Origin: Clostridiales bacterium DTU073
GTDB taxonomy: Bacteria; Bacillota; Peptococcia; DRI-13; DTU073
Assembly (NCBI GenBank): GCA_001512665.1
Contig: LFSF01000004.1
Location: 349 to 64,348, forward strand
Direction of reading: 5' to 3'
Length of the DNA: 64,000 nt
Shown: piece by piece, positions 28,211 through 38,249 of the stretch
Numbering within the stretch: position 1 is the stretch's first letter
How the letters are laid out: every line of letters begins with the position of its first letter
The notes under the pieces: model-generated
What the model was told of the DNA's origin: nothing
What the model saw: the letters and a program-made list of their open reading frames with translations, nothing else
The model's database searches: none
Translations under genes and position numbers: made by a program

Positions 28211-28315
28211 TGTAAATCAGTCTGCTTAGAATTTTTTAGTTCATTTTAGGTTATTTTAAGATTATGGTATAAATTAATAAACAAAAAATGTAGCAAGGTA
28301 TTTAGGAGGTTAAGT

Positions 28316-28846
28316 ATGAAAAAAAGAATTAAATTAATGCTCATTCTCTTATTAAGTATTTCTTTGTTAAGTATTTCTTTACTGGTTGGTTGTTCTAGTG
28401 GAAATTCAGCTAAGAACGGTAAAAATGATGCTAATGAGATTAAGCAAGACCCTAAAGCTGTAGCGGAAGTTGAGCGTGTTGTAGAGGGCTTTGGCAGTGT
28501 ACTTCAGAAGGTTTCGCTCCAAGGACCTACAGAAGAAGTTAAGAAAAGTATACAGGAGAATTATAGTCCCTATGTGACTTCGGATCTTCTTGAAAGATGG
28601 CTGGAAAATCCTTCAAAGGCCCTGGGAAGGCTAACTTCAAGTCCTTGGCCGGATCGTATTGAGATAAAAAACGTGGAGAGGTTAGCTGATGAAGCGTATA
28701 AGGTTGAAGGAGAAATTATTGAGATAACCAGTACCGAAAAGAAAAACGAAGCGGCGGTTAGAAGGCCGGTTACTTTTGTGGTAGAAAATACCGAAGGGAA
28801 GTGGCTGATTCTTACAGCTAAAGTTGATGATCCTGTGGAGAAATAA
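28316..28846 (+). CDS. Lipoprotein of unknown function
   Basis: Lipobox LLVGC. 176 aa. The signal peptide contains a duplicated LSISL. Confidence 0.6.
   Translation: MKKRIKLMLILLLSISLLSISLLVGCSSGNSAKNGKNDANEIKQDPKAVAEVERVVEGFGSVLQKVSLQGPTEEVKKSIQENYSPYVTSDLLERWLENPSKALGRLTSSPWPDRIEIKNVERLADEAYKVEGEIIEITSTEKKNEAAVRRPVTFVVENTEGKWLILTAKVDDPVEK
28351..28380 (+). repeat. 15-bp tandem duplication (TTAAGTATTTCTTTG / TTAAGTATTTCTTTA) inside the signal-peptide coding region
   Basis: Read directly from the sequence. In frame. Confidence 0.85.
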
Positions 28847-28874
28847 AGACACTTAATATAACAGCTAATTCGGT

Positions 28875-28914
28875 AAAAAACCTTTGCATAGTTGATCCGC
28901 AAAGGTTTTTTATT
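28875..28914 (+). terminator. Rho-independent terminator
   Basis: Stem AACCTTTGC/GCAAAGGTT flanked by an A-run and a T-run. Confidence 0.8.
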
Positions 28915-28936
28915 TACTTATCTACTTTTACACCTA

Positions 28937-28978
28937 TTGACAAAAAGTTTTATGGTTATATACTTAAGCATATAACCA
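28937..28978 (+). promoter_or_regulatory. Promoter (TTGACA 28937-28942, TATACT 28959-28964) overlapped by inverted repeat TGGTTATAT-N8-ATATAACCA (28953-28978)
   Basis: Perfect 9-bp arms around ACTTAAGC. Likely operator of the downstream YtrA-type GntR repressor. Confidence 0.6.
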
Positions 28979-29051
28979 CGGTAACATAACACCATAATAC
29001 TACAGCAAATACTAAAAAAGATCATAAGTCAGTGAAAGGGGGGAATTTGTT

Positions 29052-29435
29052 TTGAGCAAAGTCTTTGCAAGTGATAAACCAATTTTTATTCAAGTGCGGG
29101 AAAGAATAGAAGATCAAATCGTTAACGGACAATTGCCGGAAGAAGAACAAGTACCCTCCACTAATCAATTGGTTAATTTATATAAGATCAATCATGCTAC
29201 GGTAACCAAAGGTGTGAATCAGTTAGTAGAGGAAGGAATTCTCTTTAAAAAAAGAGGTTTAGGAGTATTTGTTGCTCAAGGCGCCAGAGCAAAACTGCTG
29301 GCAAAACGCAAAAAAGCTTTTGTTGCTGAATATGTAATTCCCTTGGTGGTGGAAGCCACTAAATTAAGCATAACGGAAGATGCAGTAATAGCAGATATTA
29401 AGAAGGTTTTTTCAGAAAAAAAGGAGGGCAAGTGA
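29052..29435 (+). CDS. GntR family transcriptional regulator, YtrA subfamily
   Basis: 127 aa. PIFIQVRERIEDQIVNGQL..LPSTNQL...INHATVTKGVNQLVEEG. Short C-terminal domain typical of YtrA. Confidence 0.85.
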   Translation: MSKVFASDKPIFIQVRERIEDQIVNGQLPEEEQVPSTNQLVNLYKINHATVTKGVNQLVEEGILFKKRGLGVFVAQGARAKLLAKRKKAFVAEYVIPLVVEATKLSITEDAVIADIKKVFSEKKEGK

Positions 29436-30325
29436 TGAATTTTAATGTGGAAGTCAAGGATTTATTTTTAAGTTATAAAGATTTTGTCGCCTTAAAATAT
29501 CTTTCCTTTAGACTGGAGGATAAGAAAATCTATGGTTTAATCGGCAGAAACGGAGCCGGTAAGACCTCACTGCTATCTTTGCTTGCTTCGTTGCGGGAAC
29601 CAACTAAAGGTTCAATCACCATAGCAGGGGTACCGCCTATAGAAAACCCCGAGATTATGCAAAATGTTGCCTTTATACATCAAGCAGATTATCGTGATGA
29701 AACTTCAACGGCTAAAAAACTGTTAGAGCTTGTGGCACAATATCGACCCAATTATGATGCAACATACGCCGAGTATTTAGTACAGCGTTTTAATTTACCT
29801 GTTGACAGAGCTGTAAATAAACTCTCCCAAGAAATGCAAGCGGTTTTGGATGTAATTATAGGATTGGCTAGTCGAGCTCCTCTTACCATCTTTGATGAGG
29901 TCTACCTGGGAATGGATGCTTCCGCCAGAATGATTTTCTATCAAGAAATACTGGACGATCAAGCTAAATTCCCGCGTTTATTTATTATCTCTACTCATTT
30001 GGTTCCCGAAATGGATAATTTATTCGATGAAGTGTTAATTCTGCATCAAGGCAGACTTATCCTGAAAGAAGAATCTAAAGCTCTTATTTCCAGAGGGTTA
30101 ACCATCACCGGTCCTGTCACAGAGGTTGATGAATTTGTTCAAGACAGGAATGTCATCGGAGAAAAGCATCTTGGGAAAACTAAAGTCGTAATGGTTTTTG
30201 CGGATAATAATACCGAAAATAATGAAGAGTTGAAAAAGGAAGCCCAAAGGAGAGGCTTTGAGGCAAGTCAAATTTCCCTTCAAGATTTGTTCATTCAATT
30301 AACTGATGAAAGGGAGGAGAACTAA
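29432..30325 (+). CDS. ABC transporter ATP-binding protein (YtrB-like) with a degenerate signature motif
   Basis: Walker A GRNGAGKT, Walker B LTIFDE, H-loop STH. The signature position reads LSQEMQ instead of LSGGQ. Confidence 0.8.
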   Translation: MMNFNVEVKDLFLSYKDFVALKYLSFRLEDKKIYGLIGRNGAGKTSLLSLLASLREPTKGSITIAGVPPIENPEIMQNVAFIHQADYRDETSTAKKLLELVAQYRPNYDATYAEYLVQRFNLPVDRAVNKLSQEMQAVLDVIIGLASRAPLTIFDEVYLGMDASARMIFYQEILDDQAKFPRLFIISTHLVPEMDNLFDEVLILHQGRLILKEESKALISRGLTITGPVTEVDEFVQDRNVIGEKHLGKTKVVMVFADNNTENNEELKKEAQRRGFEASQISLQDLFIQLTDEREEN

Positions 30326-31071
30326 TGATGAAGAAGAGGATACCGGATATAATGAAAACAAAAACGCTGATAAGTTCCAAGGTTGCGGCCGATTTATTCA
30401 GCATACAGGTTAAATGGTCTGCTTGGTTTATTGCTGTAATTGTCCTCTTGTATGTGTTTATTATTTTTCATTCCGAACAAGGCATCTTTGCTTTATCTTA
30501 TGGTTCAACCCTGATATTCATGTTGGTTTTAGGCATTGTTGCAGGAAACTTCTTGCCTTTTTATGTGAAACATGGCGTAACAAGAAAAAACTATTATTTA
30601 GGTTCCGTTCTTGCCGCTTTTGGTTTGTCCTTTGCTTTATCCGTTGTTTTTTGCCTTTTATCAGGTATAGAGAGTATTATTTATGCTAATTTTGATTTAG
30701 GGATTAACCTGGAATCTTTTAATTCACTGCTGATTATAGAGGGAAGTACTAATTGGTATAGCTCTGTATTAATTTATGCTTTAAATGTCTATGCTTTTTA
30801 TTTATTAGGTTGGTTTATTTATTTGGGTTTTTATCGCTTTAAGTGGGTGACCGGGATAGGTTTTTGTTTAATGGCCTTACTCTTTGCTTTCCTTCATGGC
30901 TTATTTTGGAAGGAGCAATTGCTCCCGAGTTTTGCCCATGAGATTGCTTATATATCAGCTATTGTTCCTTTATACATAGCAATTTTGGAAACAGTAGTAC
31001 TAATAGGGCTCTTGTTAGTTCTAATCCGTTTGCTTACGAAGAAAATACCTATCAATGTTGATTGCATATGA
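30325..31071 (+). CDS. Polytopic membrane protein, probable permease partner of the YtrA-type ABC module
   Basis: 248 aa with about 6 TM segments. TAATG overlap with the ATPase gene. Confidence 0.5.
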   Translation: MMKKRIPDIMKTKTLISSKVAADLFSIQVKWSAWFIAVIVLLYVFIIFHSEQGIFALSYGSTLIFMLVLGIVAGNFLPFYVKHGVTRKNYYLGSVLAAFGLSFALSVVFCLLSGIESIIYANFDLGINLESFNSLLIIEGSTNWYSSVLIYALNVYAFYLLGWFIYLGFYRFKWVTGIGFCLMALLFAFLHGLFWKEQLLPSFAHEIAYISAIVPLYIAILETVVLIGLLLVLIRLLTKKIPINVDCI

Positions 31072-31159
31072 TCTCTATGTTTAGAAGATGGAGCGGTAAA
31101 TAGTTGAATATTATACAAAATAATGTATAATTAAGTAAAATAAGCCAGGAGGAGAGAAG

Positions 31160-32011
31160 ATGGGTGTTCTTTCAGATATAAAAAAATTTGTCCATACTTT
31201 TAATGCCCTTAATTCTGAACTTGAAGAATTGGATGCCTTTAATAAAAAGGTGGCAAAAATGCTCAAACCGCTTCAACTAAACAAGCAAACGCAGCGTGAA
31301 ATAAAGATAAAATTGCAGGATTTGAGACGTTTAATCTTAATCGAAGCTTTAGTTAGGGAAAAGGAAGTATTAGCGGAGAGTTTTGTTCAAGAAAGAGCTG
31401 CGTTAATAGAGAAATATAATGTACATAGTGGACCGGAGGCGATTGCTTATATAGCCGGGGAAATAAATGAACGTTATAACCATAAGTACACAGATGATGC
31501 TAAATGGGTAGATTTAAAAGTGAAATTATGGGATTATATGGCTAAAAACCACAAGGAAATAAGCAAATTGGAAGAATTGAAGGATGAGGCGAAGCGTTTG
31601 CAGGCTAATTATTTAATGAAAAAAGTGGAAGAAATTTGCCAAGTCTTAAGAGTTGAAGAAGGTTATTTGCGGGAAGAGGTAAAATCTCTAAAACCGGAAA
31701 ATTATAAAATGCTAGGGAGAGAAGTTGAATATGATCAGAAATATCAACTTCTTGCTCAGACAATTGAAAAGAAAATAGGGCTTTACAAAGTACAAGGCAG
31801 AACTTATATGCTTTGGGCTTATCGGTTGCATGTGCAAGATTGTGGGGGTGATCAGGCCAAGATTGACCAAGGGCTTTTGGCAGCAGATAAATATTGGAGA
31901 AAGCAGGAGAACAATACTTTAGAAAATTTAGCTCAAACTGCTCAAAATTTGCGTCAAGAAGCAGGGAGAGAGCCCCGAAAAAGCGTTGATAAGGCAGAAA
32001 GATTAATGTAA
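31160..32011 (+). CDS. Hypothetical coiled-coil protein
   Basis: Strong SD (AGGAGGAG). 283 aa, Lys/Glu-rich and helical. No family recognised. Confidence 0.5.
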   Translation: MGVLSDIKKFVHTFNALNSELEELDAFNKKVAKMLKPLQLNKQTQREIKIKLQDLRRLILIEALVREKEVLAESFVQERAALIEKYNVHSGPEAIAYIAGEINERYNHKYTDDAKWVDLKVKLWDYMAKNHKEISKLEELKDEAKRLQANYLMKKVEEICQVLRVEEGYLREEVKSLKPENYKMLGREVEYDQKYQLLAQTIEKKIGLYKVQGRTYMLWAYRLHVQDCGGDQAKIDQGLLAADKYWRKQENNTLENLAQTAQNLRQEAGREPRKSVDKAERLM

Positions 32012-32081
32012 TTAATGTTGTTCTTGGATTTGCGAAAATTGGATGTAACAGTATAATAGTATAATAAAGATTAAGTTAAAT

Positions 32082-32108
32082 AAAATCCCGGTTGATGCCG
32101 GGATTTTT
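32082..32108 (+). terminator. Rho-independent terminator
   Basis: Stem ATCCCGG/CCGGGAT, 6-nt loop, TTTTT. Confidence 0.8.
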
Positions 32109-32169
32109 AAACTTTAAAATTGAGAAGATAGAACTATAGAGGATAATTGAAAACGGAGGAAGTAAAGCT

Positions 32170-34056
32170 TTGGTAGACCCGCAAATGCAAAATGAAATAA
32201 AAATCAAGAATGAGATTCAAAAGAAATATGAGAAAAGAGCACACCGCTATGGGCAACTCTTGCAGAAGCAAGAAAAGCTGGAACGCTTGATCAGTAATTT
32301 GCGGTTGACTATCTTTATTGTGGGTTTAAGTATTATTGTGCTTACATATATGCAAGATAGGTATCTCGATTTTCTTACGGCACTCCTGTTGTTCATAGGG
32401 TTCTTTATTTATCTGGTATTTCGCCACGGCAGACTCAAAGAAAAGATTAAATCCACTATTATTTTACGAGATCTTAATACCCATTCACTGCAACGGTTGC
32501 GGGGGGAATGGAATACCTTTGAGGATGACGGCGGAGAGTTTAAGGATAAAAACCATAGTTATATAGAGGATCTGGATATTTTCGGAAGGAATTCGCTTTT
32601 TCAGTGGATTAACACTGCGCAGACCTTTAGGGGCAGGCAGAAACTTGCGGCACTGTTAGCGGGGGATGTAGGAAATTGCAATGATATTCGCGAAAGGCAA
32701 GAAGCGGTAAGCGAATTAGCCACAAAGTTCACTTGGAGGCAAAGGTTTATAGCCTATGGGAAGCTGGCTTTTATGGATAGTAAGCAGTACAAAGAGAAGT
32801 TGGGCGATCCGCAGTACCTTATTAATTGGGGTAAGGAAAAGAATGAGGTTTTTTCGGATTTGGGGGTAATCGTCTTATGCCGGGTAAGCCCGCTGATTAC
32901 CACTATTCTTGTTATTTTAGGCTTTGGTATGGACAAAATATCTTGGTTCTGGCCGGCATCCGCTCTTTTAGTGCAAGCTACCTTACTTAAATATCATAGA
33001 AAAGAATGCGCTCAGATATTTAAACTTGCGGAGCAGTATGCTGCTGATTTAAAGGTCTATTACCAAATGCTGAAGCATTTGGAGAAATATAGTTTTAAAG
33101 CATCATATCTACAGGAAATAAAGAAAGGGATAAGAGATAGTCAGGGGCGAGAAGTATATAAACAGATTGAGAGATTGTCTGTCTTGATTGCTCCAATTAC
33201 CAGCAGAAGGAATGCATTTTATGCTTTTTTTAATATCGTAGCACTGCGGGATTTTCAATATATGATTGCTTTGGAAAAGTGGAAACAGCAGTCGGGACAG
33301 GCCCTGGGGGAATGGTTTGATGCTCTGGCTGAAATGGAGGTTTTGGCGAGTTTAGCGGTAATTCGTTTTGAAAACCCGGATTGGGTCATGCCGACGGTTT
33401 TTGCTGCGCAGGAAGCACAGGCAAATGAAACGAACAAAGCTGTTTTTGTGGCTGTGGCATTAGGACATCCGTTACTCCCTGCTGAGAAGAGAAAGCATAA
33501 TGATCTAATCTTTAAAGATAAAGAAAAGGTACTGTTAATTACCGGCTCCAATATGTCCGGTAAGAGTACCCTTTTACGGACTGCAGGTATTAATCTAGTT
33601 CTTGCCTATGCCGGAGCTCCGGTTTGTGCCCGAAGCTTTCAAGCTTCCCTTATGTCTATTTACACTTGTATGCGGATTAGTGATAATCTGGAAGAGAATA
33701 TTTCCTCTTTCTATGCAGAACTCTTGCGGATAAAACAAATTGTGCAGAAAGCAGAAAGCGGAGAGAGGGTCTTTTTCTTGTTAGATGAAGTCTTCAAGGG
33801 CACCAATTCCTTGGATCGTCATACCGGGGCTAAAGTGCTGATAAATAAATTAAGCCAGACTAATTCACTTGGTCTGGTTTCTACGCATGATCTCGAGCTT
33901 TGTGACTTGGCACAGGAAAATGAGAGAGTCGTTAATTATCATTTTCAGGAGTATTATCAAGACGGGAAGATTTATTTTGATTATCAATTACGTCCCGGAC
34001 CTTCAACTACTCGTAATGCTTTGCATTTGATGAAGTTAGCAGGGATTGATGTTTAA
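32170..34056 (+). CDS. Membrane-anchored MutS-related ATPase (MutS domain III/V only, no mismatch-binding domain)
   Basis: Two pairs of TM helices in the N-terminal 270 aa. C-terminal MutS domain V with Walker [22 protein letters not shown] and STHD. TTG start 9 nt after GGAGGA. Confidence 0.75.
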   Translation: MVDPQMQNEIKIKNEIQKKYEKRAHRYGQLLQKQEKLERLISNLRLTIFIVGLSIIVLTYMQDRYLDFLTALLLFIGFFIYLVFRHGRLKEKIKSTIILRDLNTHSLQRLRGEWNTFEDDGGEFKDKNHSYIEDLDIFGRNSLFQWINTAQTFRGRQKLAALLAGDVGNCNDIRERQEAVSELATKFTWRQRFIAYGKLAFMDSKQYKEKLGDPQYLINWGKEKNEVFSDLGVIVLCRVSPLITTILVILGFGMDKISWFWPASALLVQATLLKYHRKECAQIFKLAEQYAADLKVYYQMLKHLEKYSFKASYLQEIKKGIRDSQGREVYKQIERLSVLIAPITSRRNAFYAFFNIVALRDFQYMIALEKWKQQSGQALGEWFDALAEMEVLASLAVIRFENPDWVMPTVFAAQEAQANETNKAVFVAVALGHPLLPAEKRKHNDLIFKDKEKVLLITGSNMSGKSTLLRTAGINLVLAYAGAPVCARSFQASLMSIYTCMRISDNLEENISSFYAELLRIKQIVQKAESGERVFFLLDEVFKGTNSLDRHTGAKVLINKLSQTNSLGLVSTHDLELCDLAQENERVVNYHFQEYYQDGKIYFDYQLRPGPSTTRNALHLMKLAGIDV

Positions 34057-34877
34057 GCTAACAGCACAAAGTATCCTACGACGATCAACCCTAAGATGAT
34101 ACGGTACCAACCAAAGGCTTTGAAATCGTTGTTTTTGATATAGCTCAGTAAAAATTTTATCGCCAGAACGGAAACCACAAAAGCAACAATCATTCCTGTT
34201 AGTAAAATAGCAATTTCCAAGCCGGTAAAGCTAAAACCGAACTTCATCAGCTTTAAGGCACTGGCCCCGAACATTACCGGAATAGACAAAAAGAAAGAGT
34301 ATTCGGCCGCAATGAAGCGGGAGGTGCCTAAGATAATCGCCCCCAGGATAGTTGCCCCGGAACGTGAGGTTCCCGGAATTAAGGATAATACCTGGAACAT
34401 CCCGATTAAAAAAGCTGTTTTGTAAGTTAATTCATTAAAATGATTAATGCTTGGGTTACGATATTTATTACGATTCTCAATGACAATAAATAAGATCCCA
34501 TAAATGATCAATGTAATGGCTACTGTTTGGTAGTTGTAAAAGTGCTCATTTAACCAATCATCGAAAAAAAATCCTATTATTGCCGCCGGAAGAACCCCAA
34601 CAACAACTTTATACCAGATACTCATAGTTTCTCTTTTCTCTAATTTGGTTTTACGCGGAGAAAAGGGATTTAATTTATGAAAATAAAGCAAAACCACCGC
34701 CATAATGGCACCTAACTGGATGACTACAAAGAACATTTCTTTAAAGGCAGCAGAGGCATTTAATTGGATGAATTCCTCGACTAAAATCATATGACCGGTA
34801 CTGCTGATGGGGAGCCATTCTGTGATTCCTTCTACAACTCCTAGGATAATAGCTTTTAAAAGCTCAATAAATAACAT
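34053..34877 (-). CDS. uppP: Undecaprenyl-diphosphate phosphatase
   Basis: [17 protein letters not shown] and PGTSRSG motifs. 274 aa. Confidence 0.92.
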   Translation of the reverse strand: MLFIELLKAIILGVVEGITEWLPISSTGHMILVEEFIQLNASAAFKEMFFVVIQLGAIMAVVLLYFHKLNPFSPRKTKLEKRETMSIWYKVVVGVLPAAIIGFFFDDWLNEHFYNYQTVAITLIIYGILFIVIENRNKYRNPSINHFNELTYKTAFLIGMFQVLSLIPGTSRSGATILGAIILGTSRFIAAEYSFFLSIPVMFGASALKLMKFGFSFTGLEIAILLTGMIVAFVVSVLAIKFLLSYIKNNDFKAFGWYRIILGLIVVGYFVLLA

Positions 34878-35022
34878 TGATGTACCTCCGATTCCGATAT
34901 TATTTATATAAGGGTAATCTTTTATTTACTCTTATAACAATATCTTATTTTATCGAGAATGCAAGAGATTTATTTAAATTAATTTTAACAGTCCCCCACA
35001 CCGAGTTAACAAGAAAAAAGAC

Positions 35023-35051
35023 TTGAATTATTCCGACAATTAAAATATACT
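35023..35051 (+). promoter_or_regulatory. Promoter TTGAAT (35023-35028), 17 bp, TATACT (35046-35051)
   Basis: Read directly. About 60 nt upstream of the decarboxylase beta-subunit start. Confidence 0.55.
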
Positions 35052-35080
35052 ATTGAGGTGTATCTATTGGGATGCTATTT

Positions 35081-35100
35081 TTTTGTAACATTTTGTAACA
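35081..35100 (+). repeat. Perfect tandem 10-mer TTTTGTAACA x2 in the 5' UTR, abutting the SD
   Basis: Read directly from the sequence. Confidence 0.9.
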
Positions 35101-35113
35101 TGGAGGAGATAGT

Positions 35114-36247
35114 GTGGAGGCAATTATTCAAGATTTAACAATAGGTTTTACAGGTCTTACCTGGAAAATGATAGTAATGTGGCTAATCGGACTAACCTTG
35201 ATGTATCTGGCTGTGGTAAAAGACTATGAACCATTACTGTTGATGCCCATCGGTTTTGGAGCGATTCTAGCCAATATTCCTTTTTCTTCTGCTGTTGGTG
35301 AGGCAGGACCGCTAACCACCTTACTTCATGCCGGTATTTCAAACGAAATGTTCCCTGTACTTATCTTTGTAGCGGTTGGGGCGATGTGTGACTTTACACC
35401 TCTTTTAAAAATGCCCTTTATGATGATTTTTGGGGCTGCTGCCCAATTCGGTATCTTTGCGACGATTGTAATTGCTGCCTTGATCGGTTTTCCGATTAAC
35501 GAAGCAGCAGCAATTGGGATAATTGGAGCTGCTGATGGACCGACTACCATTTACATAGCAAACAAATTTGCCCAGGATTTGTTGGCGCCTTTATCAGTGG
35601 CGGCATACTCTTATATGGCTTTAGTGCCGATTATTCAACCGCCGATTATCAAACTGTTGACCACGAAAAAGGAAAGAATGATTAGGATGCCTTATACAGC
35701 TGATAGCGGTGTCTCCAAAAAGGTATTAATTGCCTTTCCTATTTTCGTTACCTTAGCTGCCGGAGTTATTGCCCCGTCCAGTGTTGCCCTGATTGGCTTC
35801 TTGATGTTCGGTAATTTGCTGCGGGTATGCTCCGGTGTGGAAAAACTGAGTACTGCTGCTCAAAACGAACTGTCTAATTTGGTAACTTTATTACTCGGTA
35901 TTACTATTGGTGGAACGATGGCCGCCGAAGGATTTTTAAATCTGAAAACATTAATGATTATGGGACTTGGTCTCGTGGCCTTTATTTTTGATACGGCCGG
36001 GGGTGTATTGCTGGCAAAATTCCTCAATTTGTTCTTGAAGGAAAAAGTTAATCCTATGGTAGGTGCTGCCGGAATATCCGCCTTCCCCATGTCAGGCAGA
36101 GTTATTGCTAAGATGGCTTTAAAAGAGGATAAGGGTAATTACCTTATTATGCAAGCTATCGGGGCAAATGTCTCCGGTCAAATCGGCTCGATTATTGCGG
36201 GTGGTGTAGTGTTAGCAGTAGTCGGTTCTATGTTGGGCATTCGATAA
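35114..36247 (+). CDS. Sodium ion-translocating decarboxylase, beta subunit (OadB/GcdB/MmdB family)
   Basis: 377-aa polytopic protein. GFGAILANIP, IGIIGAADGPT and GAAGISAFPMS motifs fit the beta-subunit family. GTG start 5 nt after GGAGGAG. Confidence 0.88.
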   Translation: MEAIIQDLTIGFTGLTWKMIVMWLIGLTLMYLAVVKDYEPLLLMPIGFGAILANIPFSSAVGEAGPLTTLLHAGISNEMFPVLIFVAVGAMCDFTPLLKMPFMMIFGAAAQFGIFATIVIAALIGFPINEAAAIGIIGAADGPTTIYIANKFAQDLLAPLSVAAYSYMALVPIIQPPIIKLLTTKKERMIRMPYTADSGVSKKVLIAFPIFVTLAAGVIAPSSVALIGFLMFGNLLRVCSGVEKLSTAAQNELSNLVTLLLGITIGGTMAAEGFLNLKTLMIMGLGLVAFIFDTAGGVLLAKFLNLFLKEKVNPMVGAAGISAFPMSGRVIAKMALKEDKGNYLIMQAIGANVSGQIGSIIAGGVVLAVVGSMLGIR

Positions 36248-36259
36248 GGAGGGAAGAGA

Positions 36260-36397
36260 ATGAATTCTGTGAGTCAGGCGTTACAATTAATGGGAATTGG
36301 ACTTCCCGTCATGTTCATCGTAATTTTGCTGTTCATTGGAGCGGCTGTTGTCCTGAAAAAAATATTCCCTTATGATAGTAATGAGGAGAAAGAATAA
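36260..36397 (+). CDS. OadG-like gamma subunit mini-protein (45 aa); too short for the ORF track
   Basis: ATG 36260 follows GGAGGGAAGAG. MNSVSQALQLMGIGLPVMFIVILLFIGAAVVLKKIF is a single TM of the OadG type. A terminator follows. Confidence 0.65.
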   Translation: MNSVSQALQLMGIGLPVMFIVILLFIGAAVVLKKIFPYDSNEEKE

Positions 36398-36403
36398 GCA
36401 TGT

Positions 36404-36440
36404 AAAAAAAGAGTTGTTAAAACAACAACTCTTTTTTGTT
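36404..36440 (+). terminator. Rho-independent terminator
   Basis: A-run, stem AGAGTTGTT/AACAACTCT, then TTTTTTG. Confidence 0.85.
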
Positions 36441-36496
36441 ATGATATAAAGGTGAGATGAATTCTTAAAAGAAATCAAAAAAAGGTGAGATTGATT

Positions 36497-37240
36497 ATGT
36501 GGTGGTATTTTATCTTGGCCGTAATTTTTTTATTACTTGGTTTAGCTATACACGTCTTTAAATGGTATTTTTTAATCTCCGGTTATAATCTCATGTCCAA
36601 GCAGAAAAAGGAAAATGTTGATACCCAAGGGTTAGGGAAACTAATGGGTTATTATTGTTACTTTAACACCATTATCTTTCTTTTATTAGGAGTTGCCCAT
36701 GCTTTAGAATTAAAAATAGTCATGACCATTGCTTTTATCTTGTTTAGTCTTTCTACAATCTATGTATTGCTTAAAGCTCCTAGATATGACGGAAATATTT
36801 ATGACAAAGATGGGAAGTTACGTCCGGGCGCTTTTAAAAAGGCAGCCATTCCTTTGATTATGACAGGTGCGATTCTTATTGGGGTTGCTATATTAATGAT
36901 TTATTCTGTGCAACCGACGAAGATTTCCATTTCTGATGAAGGTTTACAAATATATGGGATGTATGGTGCGCTTTATACTTGGGATTCTATAGAAGATGTT
37001 GAGCTATTGGAAAGTTTGCCTGAAATTAAGGTGCGTACCAATGGTTCTGCTGTGGGCAGTCATTTAAAAGGTCATTTTCGCACAACGGAGCTTGGAGCGG
37101 TTAAGCTTTTTGTAAACAGTAAGATTTCACCGTTTGTTTATTTAAAATGCAAGGGAAAGGATGTAATCTTTAATTTACCGCAATCTGAAGAAACAAAAGC
37201 GGCTTATCAAGAAATAGTGAAGAGGTTGAAACACTTATAG
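36497..37240 (+). CDS. DUF3784-like membrane domain fused to a bacterial PH-like domain protein
   Basis: ATG 36497 lies 8 nt after AGGTGAG. N-terminal ISGYNLMSKQKKENVD pattern (DUF3784), 4 TM segments, soluble C-terminus. Confidence 0.55.
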   Translation: MWWYFILAVIFLLLGLAIHVFKWYFLISGYNLMSKQKKENVDTQGLGKLMGYYCYFNTIIFLLLGVAHALELKIVMTIAFILFSLSTIYVLLKAPRYDGNIYDKDGKLRPGAFKKAAIPLIMTGAILIGVAILMIYSVQPTKISISDEGLQIYGMYGALYTWDSIEDVELLESLPEIKVRTNGSAVGSHLKGHFRTTELGAVKLFVNSKISPFVYLKCKGKDVIFNLPQSEETKAAYQEIVKRLKHL

Positions 37241-37276
37241 TGAGCATAGGAAGCACGTAGTTTTAGATAAACTGCT

Positions 37277-38170
37277 TTAGTTAAATTGTTTTAGATCAGT
37301 ATGCTCAAAGGTCCACTCCGGTGTTTTCAATTGCCCTGTAAAATTCAAGGGGTACCAGGGACTAATTTCTTTATTTTGTTCATTTTTGAGGATATGTATA
37401 TCTTGTGCCGGCATATAGCTTTGGGCAAGCATGAATAACTTTTCACCAGTTTCTTGATGGACAGCCATATCTACAACAATGACACAATGACCGGGGCTTC
37501 CTCCTTGAATAAAAACATCTCCTATCTGCATTTCTGACAACTCTTTTGCTGTTAATTCCCGTGACAAGGAAAGGGTACCGGCATAAGCAAAAACCATATC
37601 CAGGTATTTGCGGAACTCTTTATAGCTTTGCGGGTCATCGCTGTTTCCTCTTACCCAACTGACCTCATTACCCTTGACGGCGATGCGGTAACCCTCTCGC
37701 CATTTGGCATATTCCGCCTTAAAACCATTGGTGAAGTTAAAATGGATTTTCTCGTATTCTTCTTTTTGGAAGAGATATTCGGCTCTCAGTCTAATGACCG
37801 CATCGGCACATTGCTGTAAATCTCTGTCCCCGATTTCCATGGCGATTACGCCGTCATGAACATTACGCAATTTGGTACGACCATTATAATAGTGAACTTT
37901 AGTTCCATGGGGTTTGAGGGACAGTTTTCTTAAATACTCCTCGAATGAACCCGGCTCAACCTTTAGGCGTTCATATCCTTCCGGCACTTGAAATCTGTCT
38001 TCAAGGGTCATCCCATCGGTATTAATTATTGTACTTGTCCTTTCCGCCGCAGAATTTTCCGGCGCATTGTTCGGCGTTAAAAGGTTTGAGTCCGGTGTGA
38101 TTGCACACCCGGTCAGGCTGAAAACTATCAGGATAAGGATGATGAGAAGACTTAAGATTATTCTTTGCAT
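37277..38170 (-). CDS. DUF4846 domain lipoprotein
   Basis: Lipobox LTGC. QQCADAVIRLRAEYLF and PGHCVIVVDMA match the DUF4846 pattern. Confidence 0.65.
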   Translation of the reverse strand: MQRIILSLLIILILIVFSLTGCAITPDSNLLTPNNAPENSAAERTSTIINTDGMTLEDRFQVPEGYERLKVEPGSFEEYLRKLSLKPHGTKVHYYNGRTKLRNVHDGVIAMEIGDRDLQQCADAVIRLRAEYLFQKEEYEKIHFNFTNGFKAEYAKWREGYRIAVKGNEVSWVRGNSDDPQSYKEFRKYLDMVFAYAGTLSLSRELTAKELSEMQIGDVFIQGGSPGHCVIVVDMAVHQETGEKLFMLAQSYMPAQDIHILKNEQNKEISPWYPLNFTGQLKTPEWTFEHTDLKQFN

Positions 38171-38249
38171 CTAATGCTTATTCCTCCTATCTGCGAATTA
38201 TAATTATTATAACAAAATATTACAGTTAAAGCATAAAGGAGTGAGTGCC

